Shown here piece by piece: positions 10,368 through 19,300 of a stretch of DNA of 32,000 nt. The notes under the pieces were generated by a model, which was not told where the DNA came from, did no database searches, and worked only from the letters and a program-made list of their open reading frames with translations. The stretch is taken from the NCBI RefSeq assembly GCF_000015145.1, contig NC_008818.1:990001-1022000 (forward strand). The letters are read 5' to 3'. Both the position numbers and the translations under genes were made by a program. Source of the DNA: Hyperthermus butylicus DSM 5456. Lineage in GTDB: Archaea > Thermoproteota > Thermoprotei_A > Sulfolobales > Pyrodictiaceae. Each line of letters begins with the position of its first letter. Position 1 is the stretch's first letter.

Positions 10368-13300
10368 ATGAGTAGGCTAGCCCTAAACATACTCACAATA
10401 CTCCTCATAACACTCCCAGTCATAGCTCCAATGCTACCAGTAGCAAAGGCACAGACGGTATACGCTGAGATAATAAACTGCACCAACTGTGTAAGTGTGA
10501 TTAACAACACCTATGCAGTGGTTACAATCGGCAGCGAGATAACGTTCCTAATACATGACGACGACGGCCTAACCTACAACTGGGAGAACATCACAGCCAA
10601 CATAACAGTCAACGGTGTACTTAACACTGTAAACGTAGGCTTCTACGGGATCTACGGCGACTACGTGGGTAAGCTAGTAGTCGAGCAGGTTGGCGGCCTC
10701 ATCAAGGTAAGGTACTACTACTATGACAACGCAACTGACAGCTTCGTCGACATGGGTTACCTCAACGGTACAATCACCGCTACCAACCAGACAATAGTCA
10801 TAGAGTACAAGGGTGCCAAGATAACCCTAGTGTACCAGCAACCACTAGCAACCTACACCCTAGAGATCTACGGCCGCCTACACGAAGGCAAGTACTGGCT
10901 ACCAAGGCTAGGCGATGACGGCGTAAACAACATAACAGCACTATACAACGCCCTTGGCGAGTGGAGGATAAAGGCCGACCAGCCAGTATTCACGCCCGGC
11001 AACAACTACACTGTAACACTCTACGCTAGGCTTGTAGGTGAGACAACACCACTATTAACACAGGACGTAGTATTCACGGCTAGTGACGAGTACACACTAG
11101 TACCAGCCAACGCCACCGAGGCAGAAAAGATCAAGAGCTTCCTACTAAATCTAAGCAGCGCAGTCAACCCATGGTACATTGAGGGTATAGACTTCGCCAA
11201 CCCAACAATGATGGGCGACATGCTAAAGCTAAAGGCCGAGATACAGGGCTTCGGAGAGACAGCCGAGGTAGATGCAGTAATATTCGTCAGCATAGCTAAG
11301 ATAGAAATAGACAGTGCTGGCTTCAACAACCCAGAGGTAACCATAACAGTATATGACGCTGACACCAACCTAGACACAACCGCTGCAGAGGCAACACCAT
11401 TCACATTCGACATACTAGTGAATGGCGTACCAGTAATGCAGCTACAGCTACAAGAGACTGGTGCTAACACTGGCGTATTCACAGCAACAACAAACATGTT
11501 CGACCTATACAGCTTCGGTGTCATCAGTGAGACCGACAACGTGATAGACTACAACTTCACAGAGGTACGTGTAGACGATCCATCAGCAAAAGTGATATGC
11601 TTCAGAGGTGGCAGCTTCACAGTAACCTACTACGCAGCAGAATTCAGCGTCAAGGAGGAGCAGCTAACGCTAAGGAACATCATACAGTGCTGTCCACCAC
11701 TAAAGCTAACACTGCAGATAATAGATGAGGATCTCAACCTGCCAAACCAGGAGATAGTAGCAATAGCAACACTCAATGCTGGCGACTCGCTAACCAACGT
11801 TGTTGCCTACTACTACTACAACGACCAGATAACGACTGTACCAGCACTGAACTTCTCAATGTACATGGCTGACGAGGAGGGCAACCTCTACGACCTAACA
11901 GTACGCGAGCAATTCACCATCTACTTCATCAAGGTAGCGCCTGGCGTAGTTGAAGCTAGCATAGATCTATCAAAGATCGACTGGCAGGCTACAAACGCTG
12001 CAGCTTCAGCAGCTGGCCACCAGCTAACAAAGATAGTGATAGTATACAGTGACAGGTTCAACCCGAACCTAACAATAGTCAACAAGCAGGCAGAGGTAAC
12101 ACTACAGAACGTAACCATACAGGTTGACCGTGACACCCTACCAATATCATTCAGGATCGTAAGCAGCAACAACCCACCAAGGATAGGCCTTGGTAGCTGT
12201 CCAGCATGTGCAGCCTGGGAGGTTGACACCTGGTCTGATGTATCAGCCCAGACAGTACACATAACAATCTACGACGATGGGCACAACGAGGACTGCTGTA
12301 GTGTTGACGTGATAACACCAGCAGAGATAGAGCTAACACTCTACAAGGTAGTTGACGGCCAGACAGTAGTATTCGGCAGCGGCACTGGCAGCCTAAGCAT
12401 CGACCTATACGCCATAAACGCCACTGGCCACTGGGTAGACTATGGCACATGCTACATCGAGGTAAGCGACCTGGTAGAGACTGGCTTCAACACTGGTGTA
12501 TTCACCGGCACCCTAAGCATCTACTCAGAGATCGACGTAGACCTTGACGGCACACCTGATATAACAATAGCAGGCTGTCCATCACTATGGCTGCAGGGTG
12601 CAACACTAGAGATTAAGTACACAAGCCCGGCAGTAGGCTTCGCAGTACAGAAGATAACATTCGCAACCTACACAGCCAAGCTACAGCTAAACACACACGT
12701 AGTACACTATGGCGACGAGCTAGTGATAACAGTCGAGGACCCAGATGCTAACCTTGACAGCACAATCAACGAGGCTATCAAGGCAACACTAAGCTTCTAC
12801 TGCCCACTAACAAGGACAACTGAGGAGTACACAGTCTACCTGAAAGAGACCGGCACCAACACTGGCGTGTTCGTAGGCAGCATCACCATCGACTCCAGGC
12901 TAGCAGGTCCATGCGTAGACCTCTACTGTGCAGAGCTAACAGTAACCTACGTGGACAGAACACCATTCGACGAGAACACACTGAACTACGCCGAGCAGCT
13001 ATTAAAGCAGAACCTATCAACATATGGTGTCAACGGCTTAATGATATTCAGCGAGTGTGACTGTAACAAGGTACTAATAACAGATACGATAGTAGAGCAG
13101 CCGGTCAAGGGCAGTGTGGAGGTCTACTACAAGTTCCCAGCAGGGCTAGAACAGCTAGCACCATGGAACAAGGTTTGGCAGAAGGTAACCAACGATGTAG
13201 TACCAGCCTATGAGGGCATTGAGCTCAACATAACAGTCTACGACCCTGACAGGAACAGACTCTACGATGTGGTAGACAACATACCGTACAGCAAGATAGC

Positions 13301-14474
13301 AGTAACAATTGAGGGCCTCAACGCGCCACCACTAATACTAGAGCAGCTAGTTGGCAGCGGCTACCTAACAGAGACTGGCGCCAACACCGGCACGTTCAGC
13401 ACTGTCATAACGCTAGGTGACCTGCTGGCAGGCTTCCAGAGGCTTGGCTACAACGTAGACCTAACAAGCGTAATTGGCAAGAAGATAGCGTTCATCTACT
13501 ATGATGACCAGACAGCATGCCAGGCAGCAATATGTGGCAGCTACACTGGCGGCTCCACCAGCGTATGGATCAAACCAGTAGACATTGAGGGCGGCGTCAC
13601 TGTAATCAATGCTGTAACTGGTAAGCCGAACCCAGACAACATCTACAACTGTGGCTGTACAATAGGCAGTTGTCCATCAGCAACTGGCGATATAATAGAC
13701 ATCATCGTCAACGACGTATCGCTGCTAAAGTACGTGCAGGCTGGTGGTATACGGCTGGTAGGCAACCTAACACTAAGGCTGCTCTACAACAATACTGAGC
13801 AGCCACTAACATACGGCGGTCTCGAGACACTAAGCTACATCGGCTATGAGAACCTAACACTGCCAGGCAGCAATGTAGTCATACCAGTACCAAAGTTCGC
13901 TGCAGAGAACGTACTGATCTACTGCAGCGTACCACTGGCAACAGCCGGCCAGCCATACATAGTAGCACCAGTAGGCAGCAGGGTCAAAATAATCTACCAC
14001 GACCCAGCAATAGAGGCTGGTACTGCTAAGGACGTAGAAGTAACAATTGGCATTGGCGTACCAGGCCTACTACCGACACCAGAACAGTCAGTACAGTTCG
14101 TTGAGCAGCAGCTAGAGGTTAGGGTATTCAATGGCACAGCATTCGTAGAGACGACAACAGTCAAGCGCGGCCAGCCAGTATCGATCTACGTGCCGCTCAA
14201 CTACGATGCACTAACGGTGAGGACATACACTGGTGCCAACGTATTCACAGTGCTACTAGTAATCAAGGATGCAGAGGGCAAGGTAGCACTATTCACGTAC
14301 ACCTACATTGACGTCAGCAAGATGGAGAACGAGGTAAGCTTCGGCATACCAGCAGAGTTCACCAAGCTACTACCAGCGGGCACATACACTGTAGAGCTAT
14401 ACGCTGTAACCAGCCTAGACGCACTAATGCCACTATCACCGGTACTATCATTCCAGCTAACAATAACCGAGTAA
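10368..14474 (+). CDS. large secreted surface glycoprotein, candidate S-layer lattice protein (SlaA-like architecture)
   Basis: 1368-aa ORF. GAGGTG lies 9 nt upstream of the ATG. It has a Sec signal 'MSRLALNILTILLITLPVIAPMLPVAKA|QT' and no TM anchor. It is beta-rich, with ~22 N-x-S/T sequons and four DxDxN...ETGxNTGxF modules. Codon bias is extremely A-ending. Confidence 0.85.
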   Translation: MSRLALNILTILLITLPVIAPMLPVAKAQTVYAEIINCTNCVSVINNTYAVVTIGSEITFLIHDDDGLTYNWENITANITVNGVLNTVNVGFYGIYGDYVGKLVVEQVGGLIKVRYYYYDNATDSFVDMGYLNGTITATNQTIVIEYKGAKITLVYQQPLATYTLEIYGRLHEGKYWLPRLGDDGVNNITALYNALGEWRIKADQPVFTPGNNYTVTLYARLVGETTPLLTQDVVFTASDEYTLVPANATEAEKIKSFLLNLSSAVNPWYIEGIDFANPTMMGDMLKLKAEIQGFGETAEVDAVIFVSIAKIEIDSAGFNNPEVTITVYDADTNLDTTAAEATPFTFDILVNGVPVMQLQLQETGANTGVFTATTNMFDLYSFGVISETDNVIDYNFTEVRVDDPSAKVICFRGGSFTVTYYAAEFSVKEEQLTLRNIIQCCPPLKLTLQIIDEDLNLPNQEIVAIATLNAGDSLTNVVAYYYYNDQITTVPALNFSMYMADEEGNLYDLTVREQFTIYFIKVAPGVVEASIDLSKIDWQATNAAASAAGHQLTKIVIVYSDRFNPNLTIVNKQAEVTLQNVTIQVDRDTLPISFRIVSSNNPPRIGLGSCPACAAWEVDTWSDVSAQTVHITIYDDGHNEDCCSVDVITPAEIELTLYKVVDGQTVVFGSGTGSLSIDLYAINATGHWVDYGTCYIEVSDLVETGFNTGVFTGTLSIYSEIDVDLDGTPDITIAGCPSLWLQGATLEIKYTSPAVGFAVQKITFATYTAKLQLNTHVVHYGDELVITVEDPDANLDSTINEAIKATLSFYCPLTRTTEEYTVYLKETGTNTGVFVGSITIDSRLAGPCVDLYCAELTVTYVDRTPFDENTLNYAEQLLKQNLSTYGVNGLMIFSECDCNKVLITDTIVEQPVKGSVEVYYKFPAGLEQLAPWNKVWQKVTNDVVPAYEGIELNITVYDPDRNRLYDVVDNIPYSKIAVTIEGLNAPPLILEQLVGSGYLTETGANTGTFSTVITLGDLLAGFQRLGYNVDLTSVIGKKIAFIYYDDQTACQAAICGSYTGGSTSVWIKPVDIEGGVTVINAVTGKPNPDNIYNCGCTIGSCPSATGDIIDIIVNDVSLLKYVQAGGIRLVGNLTLRLLYNNTEQPLTYGGLETLSYIGYENLTLPGSNVVIPVPKFAAENVLIYCSVPLATAGQPYIVAPVGSRVKIIYHDPAIEAGTAKDVEVTIGIGVPGLLPTPEQSVQFVEQQLEVRVFNGTAFVETTTVKRGQPVSIYVPLNYDALTVRTYTGANVFTVLLVIKDAEGKVALFTYTYIDVSKMENEVSFGIPAEFTKLLPAGTYTVELYAVTSLDALMPLSPVLSFQLTITE
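11349..11480 (+). repeat. protein-level module 1: 'VYDADTNLD' ... 'ETGANTGVF'
   Basis: In-frame motif pair separated by 35 codons. Confidence 0.6.
12267..12503 (+). repeat. protein-level module 2: 'IYDDGHNED' ... 'ETGFNTGVF'
   Basis: In-frame motif pair separated by 70 codons, so this module carries an insertion. Confidence 0.55.
12732..12872 (+). repeat. protein-level module 3: 'VEDPDANLD' ... 'ETGTNTGVF'
   Basis: In-frame motif pair separated by 38 codons. Confidence 0.6.
13236..13397 (+). repeat. protein-level module 4: 'VYDPDRN' ... 'ETGANTGTF'
   Basis: In-frame motif pair separated by 45 codons. Confidence 0.6.
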
Positions 14475-14511
14475 CCAGCGAGTTTGAAGGGGCAAACCTA
14501 TGACCCAACGC

Positions 14512-14517
14512 TTTTTT
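14512..14517 (+). terminator. oligo-T tract after the SlaA-like gene
   Basis: T6 lies 38 nt after the stop, with a second T5 at 14544-14548. Confidence 0.4.
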
Positions 14518-14577
14518 ACACATCCAGTTTACGGGCTTCATGGTTTTTACTATGCAACTATGTGTTTGCCTCAATGC

Positions 14578-14584
14578 TTAAATA
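14578..14584 (+). promoter_or_regulatory. TATA-like box (TTAAATA) upstream of the stalk-protein gene
   Basis: 'gcTTAAATAgc' lies ~40 nt before ATG 14623 and ~70 nt before ATG 14656. It implies the SlaB-like gene has its own promoter. Confidence 0.4.
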
Positions 14585-14655
14585 GCTACCCGTGTAGGAT
14601 TCGTGTAATGGTGTAAGAACATATGGCTTGGAGGATTAGGGGGAAGGTGGTAGCA

Positions 14656-16002
14656 ATGAAGACAAGAATGATACTGGCAAGCCTTGCAGTGCTAATCTTC
14701 GCATTCTCGACAATCGCTATGGCTGCTTCAAACTATGCTAGCTATGGCCCAGTAGAATTCTACACCGACAAAGCCAGCTACCTGCCTGGCGAGACTGTAA
14801 GGTTCACCATAGTGATACATGATAGGACTGACTTCCTCGACAGGATAGACATATACATTCTCCGCAACGGCCAGGTAGAGTACCTATGGCACTACCCGGC
14901 AGATAACGGCACCGGCGTAGTCTTCTACCTACAAAACGTTAACGGGAATAGCGTAATTACGTTCAGCAAGGCATTCAGCGAGAGTGGAAGTTATGAAGCA
15001 AGAATAGCCATTCCAAGTCTTAACGTGGCTGCAAATGCTCTAGCAATAACATTCACTGTGGGCCCGCGATATGAGATAGCTGGCATAGTCGTAGATGAGG
15101 AGGGTACACCGGTAGCTGGGGCCACTGTAACAGTACTAGAGACGGGCGACCAGGTCACAACGAATAGCACTGGCGGATTTAGCGTTGGCGTCTCCTCACC
15201 AGGGAACTACACGCTATACGTAAAGGCTAACGACTTCCTACCAACTACAGTAACTGTCACTGTTGAGGATGTTGGCACAACAAACGCTGGCACAATAGCT
15301 ATTGAGAGTGTAGCACACGCCATAACAACCATAAGACAAGAGCTAGAGGATGTAAAGGCCGTCCTCACACAGCTAGAAGCCAACCTAACAAGCCTAACCG
15401 AGGACTACCAGGCAGCAATAGAGGACATTTACAACAGCATAGCATCTCTATCCGATAGGCTCACAGCAGTAGAGAGTGCTGCTAGCCAGCTACAGAGCAG
15501 CCTCAGCAGCCTAAATGCAACGGTTAGCCAGCTACAGGAGATGCTAGGTGAGCTACAGAGCCAGCTAAGTAGCCTTGCACAGCAGCTAGGAGAGCTATCC
15601 AAGGGCCTAAGCGTGCTGGCACAAGACCTTAATGCAAAGATCGAGAAGCTAAACAGCGAGATAACTAAGATAAAGGAAGCCTACGCAACTAAGGACGAGC
15701 TAAACACAGCTATAAACAATGTCAACTCGAGAATAGACCAGGAGAAGGCATCTCTCGAGCAGCAGATATCGGCGCTCAACGAGGAGATAAACAAGCTCAA
15801 GCAGAGGCTCGACCAGCTAGAGTCAGCAACAATACAGCAGCTATCAAACAACATACAGCAGCTAACCAGCGAGCTACAGTCGCTAAGCGATAAGATAGAT
15901 AGCGCCTCCCGGACTGCACTCATAGCAGTCATACTAGCAGTGATAGGCATAGTTGTAGCTGTAGTAGCAACAGTACTCGTATACCGCAAGATAACAGCCT
16001 AA
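14656..16002 (+). CDS. membrane-anchored coiled-coil stalk protein (SlaB-like architecture)
   Basis: ATG 14656 follows GGTGG by 7 nt (the ORF opens at 14623). It has a Sec signal 'MKTRMILASLAVLIFAFSTIAMA|AS' and a beta-sandwich region. A CarboxypepD_reg-like domain follows ('IAGIVVDEEGTPVAGATVTVLETGDQVTTNSTGGFSV..GNYTLYV'), then a ~195-aa heptad coiled coil and a C-terminal TM 'TALIAVILAVIGIVVAVVATVLVY'+RK. Confidence 0.85.
   Translation: MKTRMILASLAVLIFAFSTIAMAASNYASYGPVEFYTDKASYLPGETVRFTIVIHDRTDFLDRIDIYILRNGQVEYLWHYPADNGTGVVFYLQNVNGNSVITFSKAFSESGSYEARIAIPSLNVAANALAITFTVGPRYEIAGIVVDEEGTPVAGATVTVLETGDQVTTNSTGGFSVGVSSPGNYTLYVKANDFLPTTVTVTVEDVGTTNAGTIAIESVAHAITTIRQELEDVKAVLTQLEANLTSLTEDYQAAIEDIYNSIASLSDRLTAVESAASQLQSSLSSLNATVSQLQEMLGELQSQLSSLAQQLGELSKGLSVLAQDLNAKIEKLNSEITKIKEAYATKDELNTAINNVNSRIDQEKASLEQQISALNEEINKLKQRLDQLESATIQQLSNNIQQLTSELQSLSDKIDSASRTALIAVILAVIGIVVAVVATVLVYRKITA
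15322..15906 (+). other. continuous heptad-repeat (coiled-coil) coding segment
   Basis: Hydrophobic residues (L/I/V/A) recur at strict 3-4-3-4 spacing for more than 110 residues counted by hand (LEDVKAVLTQLEANLTSL...KLNSEITKI). The pattern continues to ...LQSLSDKIDSA. Confidence 0.75.
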
Positions 16003-16037
16003 AGATATTAAGGGCGTATGAGCCCCAAAACAAGTAG

Positions 16038-16043
16038 TTTTTT
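16038..16043 (+). terminator. oligo-T tract after the stalk-protein gene
   Basis: T6 lies 36 nt after the stop. Confidence 0.4.
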
Positions 16044-16274
16044 ACGCTATCATTATCACCCACAGCCTTGTTGCTGGCCCATTCTTCTCCTTGACAATAT
16101 CGTTGCGCAACTCTCGCATTCCTCAACCTCCCCGGCTGCACTTACTAGGCTAGCTTTCCAGCCATTATCTGAAGAGGGACACCAGCCCCCACCCGTGCCA
16201 TTGCCATACTAGTTTTGCTTGTGCGCGACTAGCCCGTTGTGTATCACTGTTCACACATGATATTGTGTTATAGC

Positions 16275-16297
16275 GTTTAAGATAAGTTTTTTAAATT
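16275..16297 (+). promoter_or_regulatory. AT-rich promoter region with two TATA-like elements upstream of the protease gene
   Basis: 'TTTAAGATAAGTTTTTTAAATT' lies 35-57 nt upstream of ATG 16332. Confidence 0.4.
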
Positions 16298-16331
16298 GTA
16301 TTAAGGGTGTCTGGGCTTATGGAGGGTAGAC

Positions 16332-19300
16332 ATGTTGTCACGTAAGGCTTTATTATATCGTTTTGTATCAGCGTTTACAATAATGATATTCATTCTACCC
16401 TATATACCGATGGCTGTAGCAGAAGGACAGACAGATAGCGGAGTTAACGTGACAAGCGTGGGACCATACATACATCCTGCGTTTAAGACTAAGGAGTACT
16501 GGGAGTATGGTGGCTTATCTGGCAAGGTTTTCCGGGAGATTCTAAGCCTAGCTGAGGAGTTTGCTAATCATAGAGGGATAGTTGTTGAGAAGCCTAGTGA
16601 GCCCTATGCAGCTGCTATACTACTAGTCGAGCCACATGTAGATATGAGCTTCTATCGGAGCCTTGCAAAGGCTATTGTAATTACAGGTATCTACCCAACA
16701 CATGCCTATACTATTGTGACTGGCTGGGTTACGCCGAGCAGTATTGAGAAGCTCTCAAAGATGGCCGGCATCGTGGCAATACTGCCTGACGTGACACTTG
16801 ACAACCTCCTATCGAGTGCAAGGAATGATGAGCTACTCAGAGAGCTGCAGATGATGGGCCGGGTAGATCCTGACGAGTTAATAGCTTCGAAGCCGGTGCT
16901 TGAGAAGCCGAGAGAGCTACCAGCAGCTCCAGCTGGTCCCGTGGATCTCCTATCAATACCAGGAATGTACCACTATACTGTCAATATTACTCGTGCAATA
17001 GAGGTCTGGAGCAAGTACGGTATTATGGGTCAGAATACGACATTGGCAATCATAGACACTGGTGTAGACTACGCTAGCCCAGGCCTAGGCCTCGACGCTA
17101 TTGCCAGGGACGAGTATGGTATACCGCTAATCTTTGATGCTGATAGCCTAGGTCTTGTATTAACACCAGTGCCAGCAATACCTGTAAACGAGACACACGT
17201 ATACGTCGATGTTAGCGAGCTCTACTTCTTCTACCCGCCATACAACGTGTTTAAGGATAATGTCAGCTTCGCCCGCTTTGGAGATGTATGGCTATACTGG
17301 AACCTCCCAGAGTACTGGAGGGTACCACTGGACGTCTACGCCGGCTTTAGCACCTCTGGTGTTGTGCCAAGGTTTGGTATTGCAGTAAGGATAATCAGTA
17401 CGCCCGTAGGTACTGTAGCCTTTGGCGCGCCAGTGCTAGTCTACGACAGTGACGGTGATGGCTACTATGACACCGTGCGTGTTGACATGACCACCACTTA
17501 CTACTACTTCTACCAAGCAGTAAACCAGAGTGGAGCACTAGCAAGTCTCTACCTATACCAGCCACCCTATAGTGGGCCCGACTATGACTTTAGCGACGAA
17601 CCAGCAATAAGGTATGGCAATGAGATAGCGGCACTGGACCTGGATGGCGATGGTGTATACGACTTTAGTGTTGGTACACTAGCAGGCTACATCTATGATG
17701 CCTTTGGTATTGTGCTACTGGAAGAAAATAATGTTCTAAAGCAAATGCTAGCTGGCCTAGAGCCCGGCTATGGCGTCAGCGTGTTCAACGTGTGGGACAT
17801 GTGGAGCTTCGACTACCTAGGCTATGTGTGGCCAGGCATGGATGTATGGGCTGGTAGGTACGTTGTGCTAGAATACGACTTCCACAGCCATGGCACCTTC
17901 TGTGCCACCACTGCTGCTGGTAGGCCGGCATGGGGCTACACAGGGTACGGTGAGTACAGTGGATGGAGCCTAATAGTGGGCCAGGCGCCTGACACCAAGA
18001 TTGCTGCAGCATCCGCGCTCTCCATGGGCAACGTGTTTGCCGCTGTATACTTCTTCAGCGGGTTCGACGTGGTTAACCCATATGGTGTCGAAAACGGGTT
18101 CTTCCACTACTACGTCCCGGTGCCGGGCAGCGTCAATCCATGGATAGCATTTGAGGGTGGCATACTTGTCTGGAACTACACGGGCAAGCCTAGGGTTGAT
18201 GCTACAAGCAACAGCTGGGGCGCCAGTGGATGGGCGCTATGGGGCTGGGCTAGCGGCATGGACCCGATAAGTGTTGTATTCGACTATACCAGCCTAGTTA
18301 GCAAGACACCGCACTTCGTCGCGGCTGGCAACGGCGGTCCAGGCTGGGGCACCGTTACAAGCCCAGGAGCCTCTGCCATGGCTATAACAGTGGGTGCAGC
18401 CACAGAGTTCACCTATAGGCCGTTCTACGGCTATCTGCCGGGTGGCAACAAGGAGATAGTGTCGTGGAGCAACCGCGGCCCAGCCGAGACGGGTATCGCC
18501 AAGCCAGACATAGCAGCAATAGGCAGTTTCGCATGGGCAATGGGTAGGCCATGGGACGCATTGGCGTGGGGTGCACTTGACGGCTTCTTCGCCTTCGACC
18601 TCTTCGGAGGCACAAGCCAGGCAACACCGATGACAGCTGGTGTAGCCTCACTAGTCATTACAGCCTACAAGCAGGCAACAGGCAAGGACTTCATGCCTGC
18701 ACCTCTACTAAAGACAATACTGATGAACACCGCGCACGACACCGGGTTTGACCCGTTCAGCCAGGGTGCAGGCTTCGTAAACGCCCTTGCAGCGGTTGAA
18801 AAGGCGCTAGCGCTAGCTCATGGCAGACCAACACTGGTCTACAGTACGTCGGTGCCAGACTTCATACTCTCACAGCAAGCGCCAAACTACGAGACAATAG
18901 CGCATGGCGGCATAGAGGAGGGCGGCTGGGCTGAACCAAAGCTAGTACTAGCCGGTACGAGCTACGCTAAGGCAGAGCTAACTGTGAAGGGTGTTGGCAG
19001 GTATAAAGTATATGCTATGGAGCTTGTGAAGACGCTAGAAAAGCCGCTAGTATACATGCTCGGTGTTAGTGTGCCAACAATAACAGTTGATGGAATCAAG
19101 ATAGTATGGCGGAGCGGGAGCAAGATAGCAATCAACCTCACCGGCCTAGACTACGTTGACATGGTTCCACTGGCGTACATCGATCCATCGAGGCTACTAA
19201 GCTACGACCTCGTAGAAATATCCATGGTTTATCCATACCAGTACTTCGATAGTGCCGGCAGGTACGGCACATGGAGAGGCGGCATCTACTACAATGGCAT

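Noticed and set aside
10262-10510. 82-aa hydrophobic minus-strand ORF across the divergent promoter and the start of the 1368-aa gene
   Set aside because: It is the antisense image of a signal-peptide coding region, so its hydrophobicity is mirrored. It would also occupy the promoter.
11021-11539. 172-aa minus-strand ORF (and others at 11921-12450) inside the 1368-aa gene
   Set aside because: It is antisense to a gene with strong codon bias, a signal peptide and repeated motifs. The translations are S/V/T-rich with no features.
16018-16212. 64-aa ORF in the intergenic region between the stalk and protease genes
   Set aside because: It is P/S/L-rich, starts inside the terminator region, and has no SD or TATA context.
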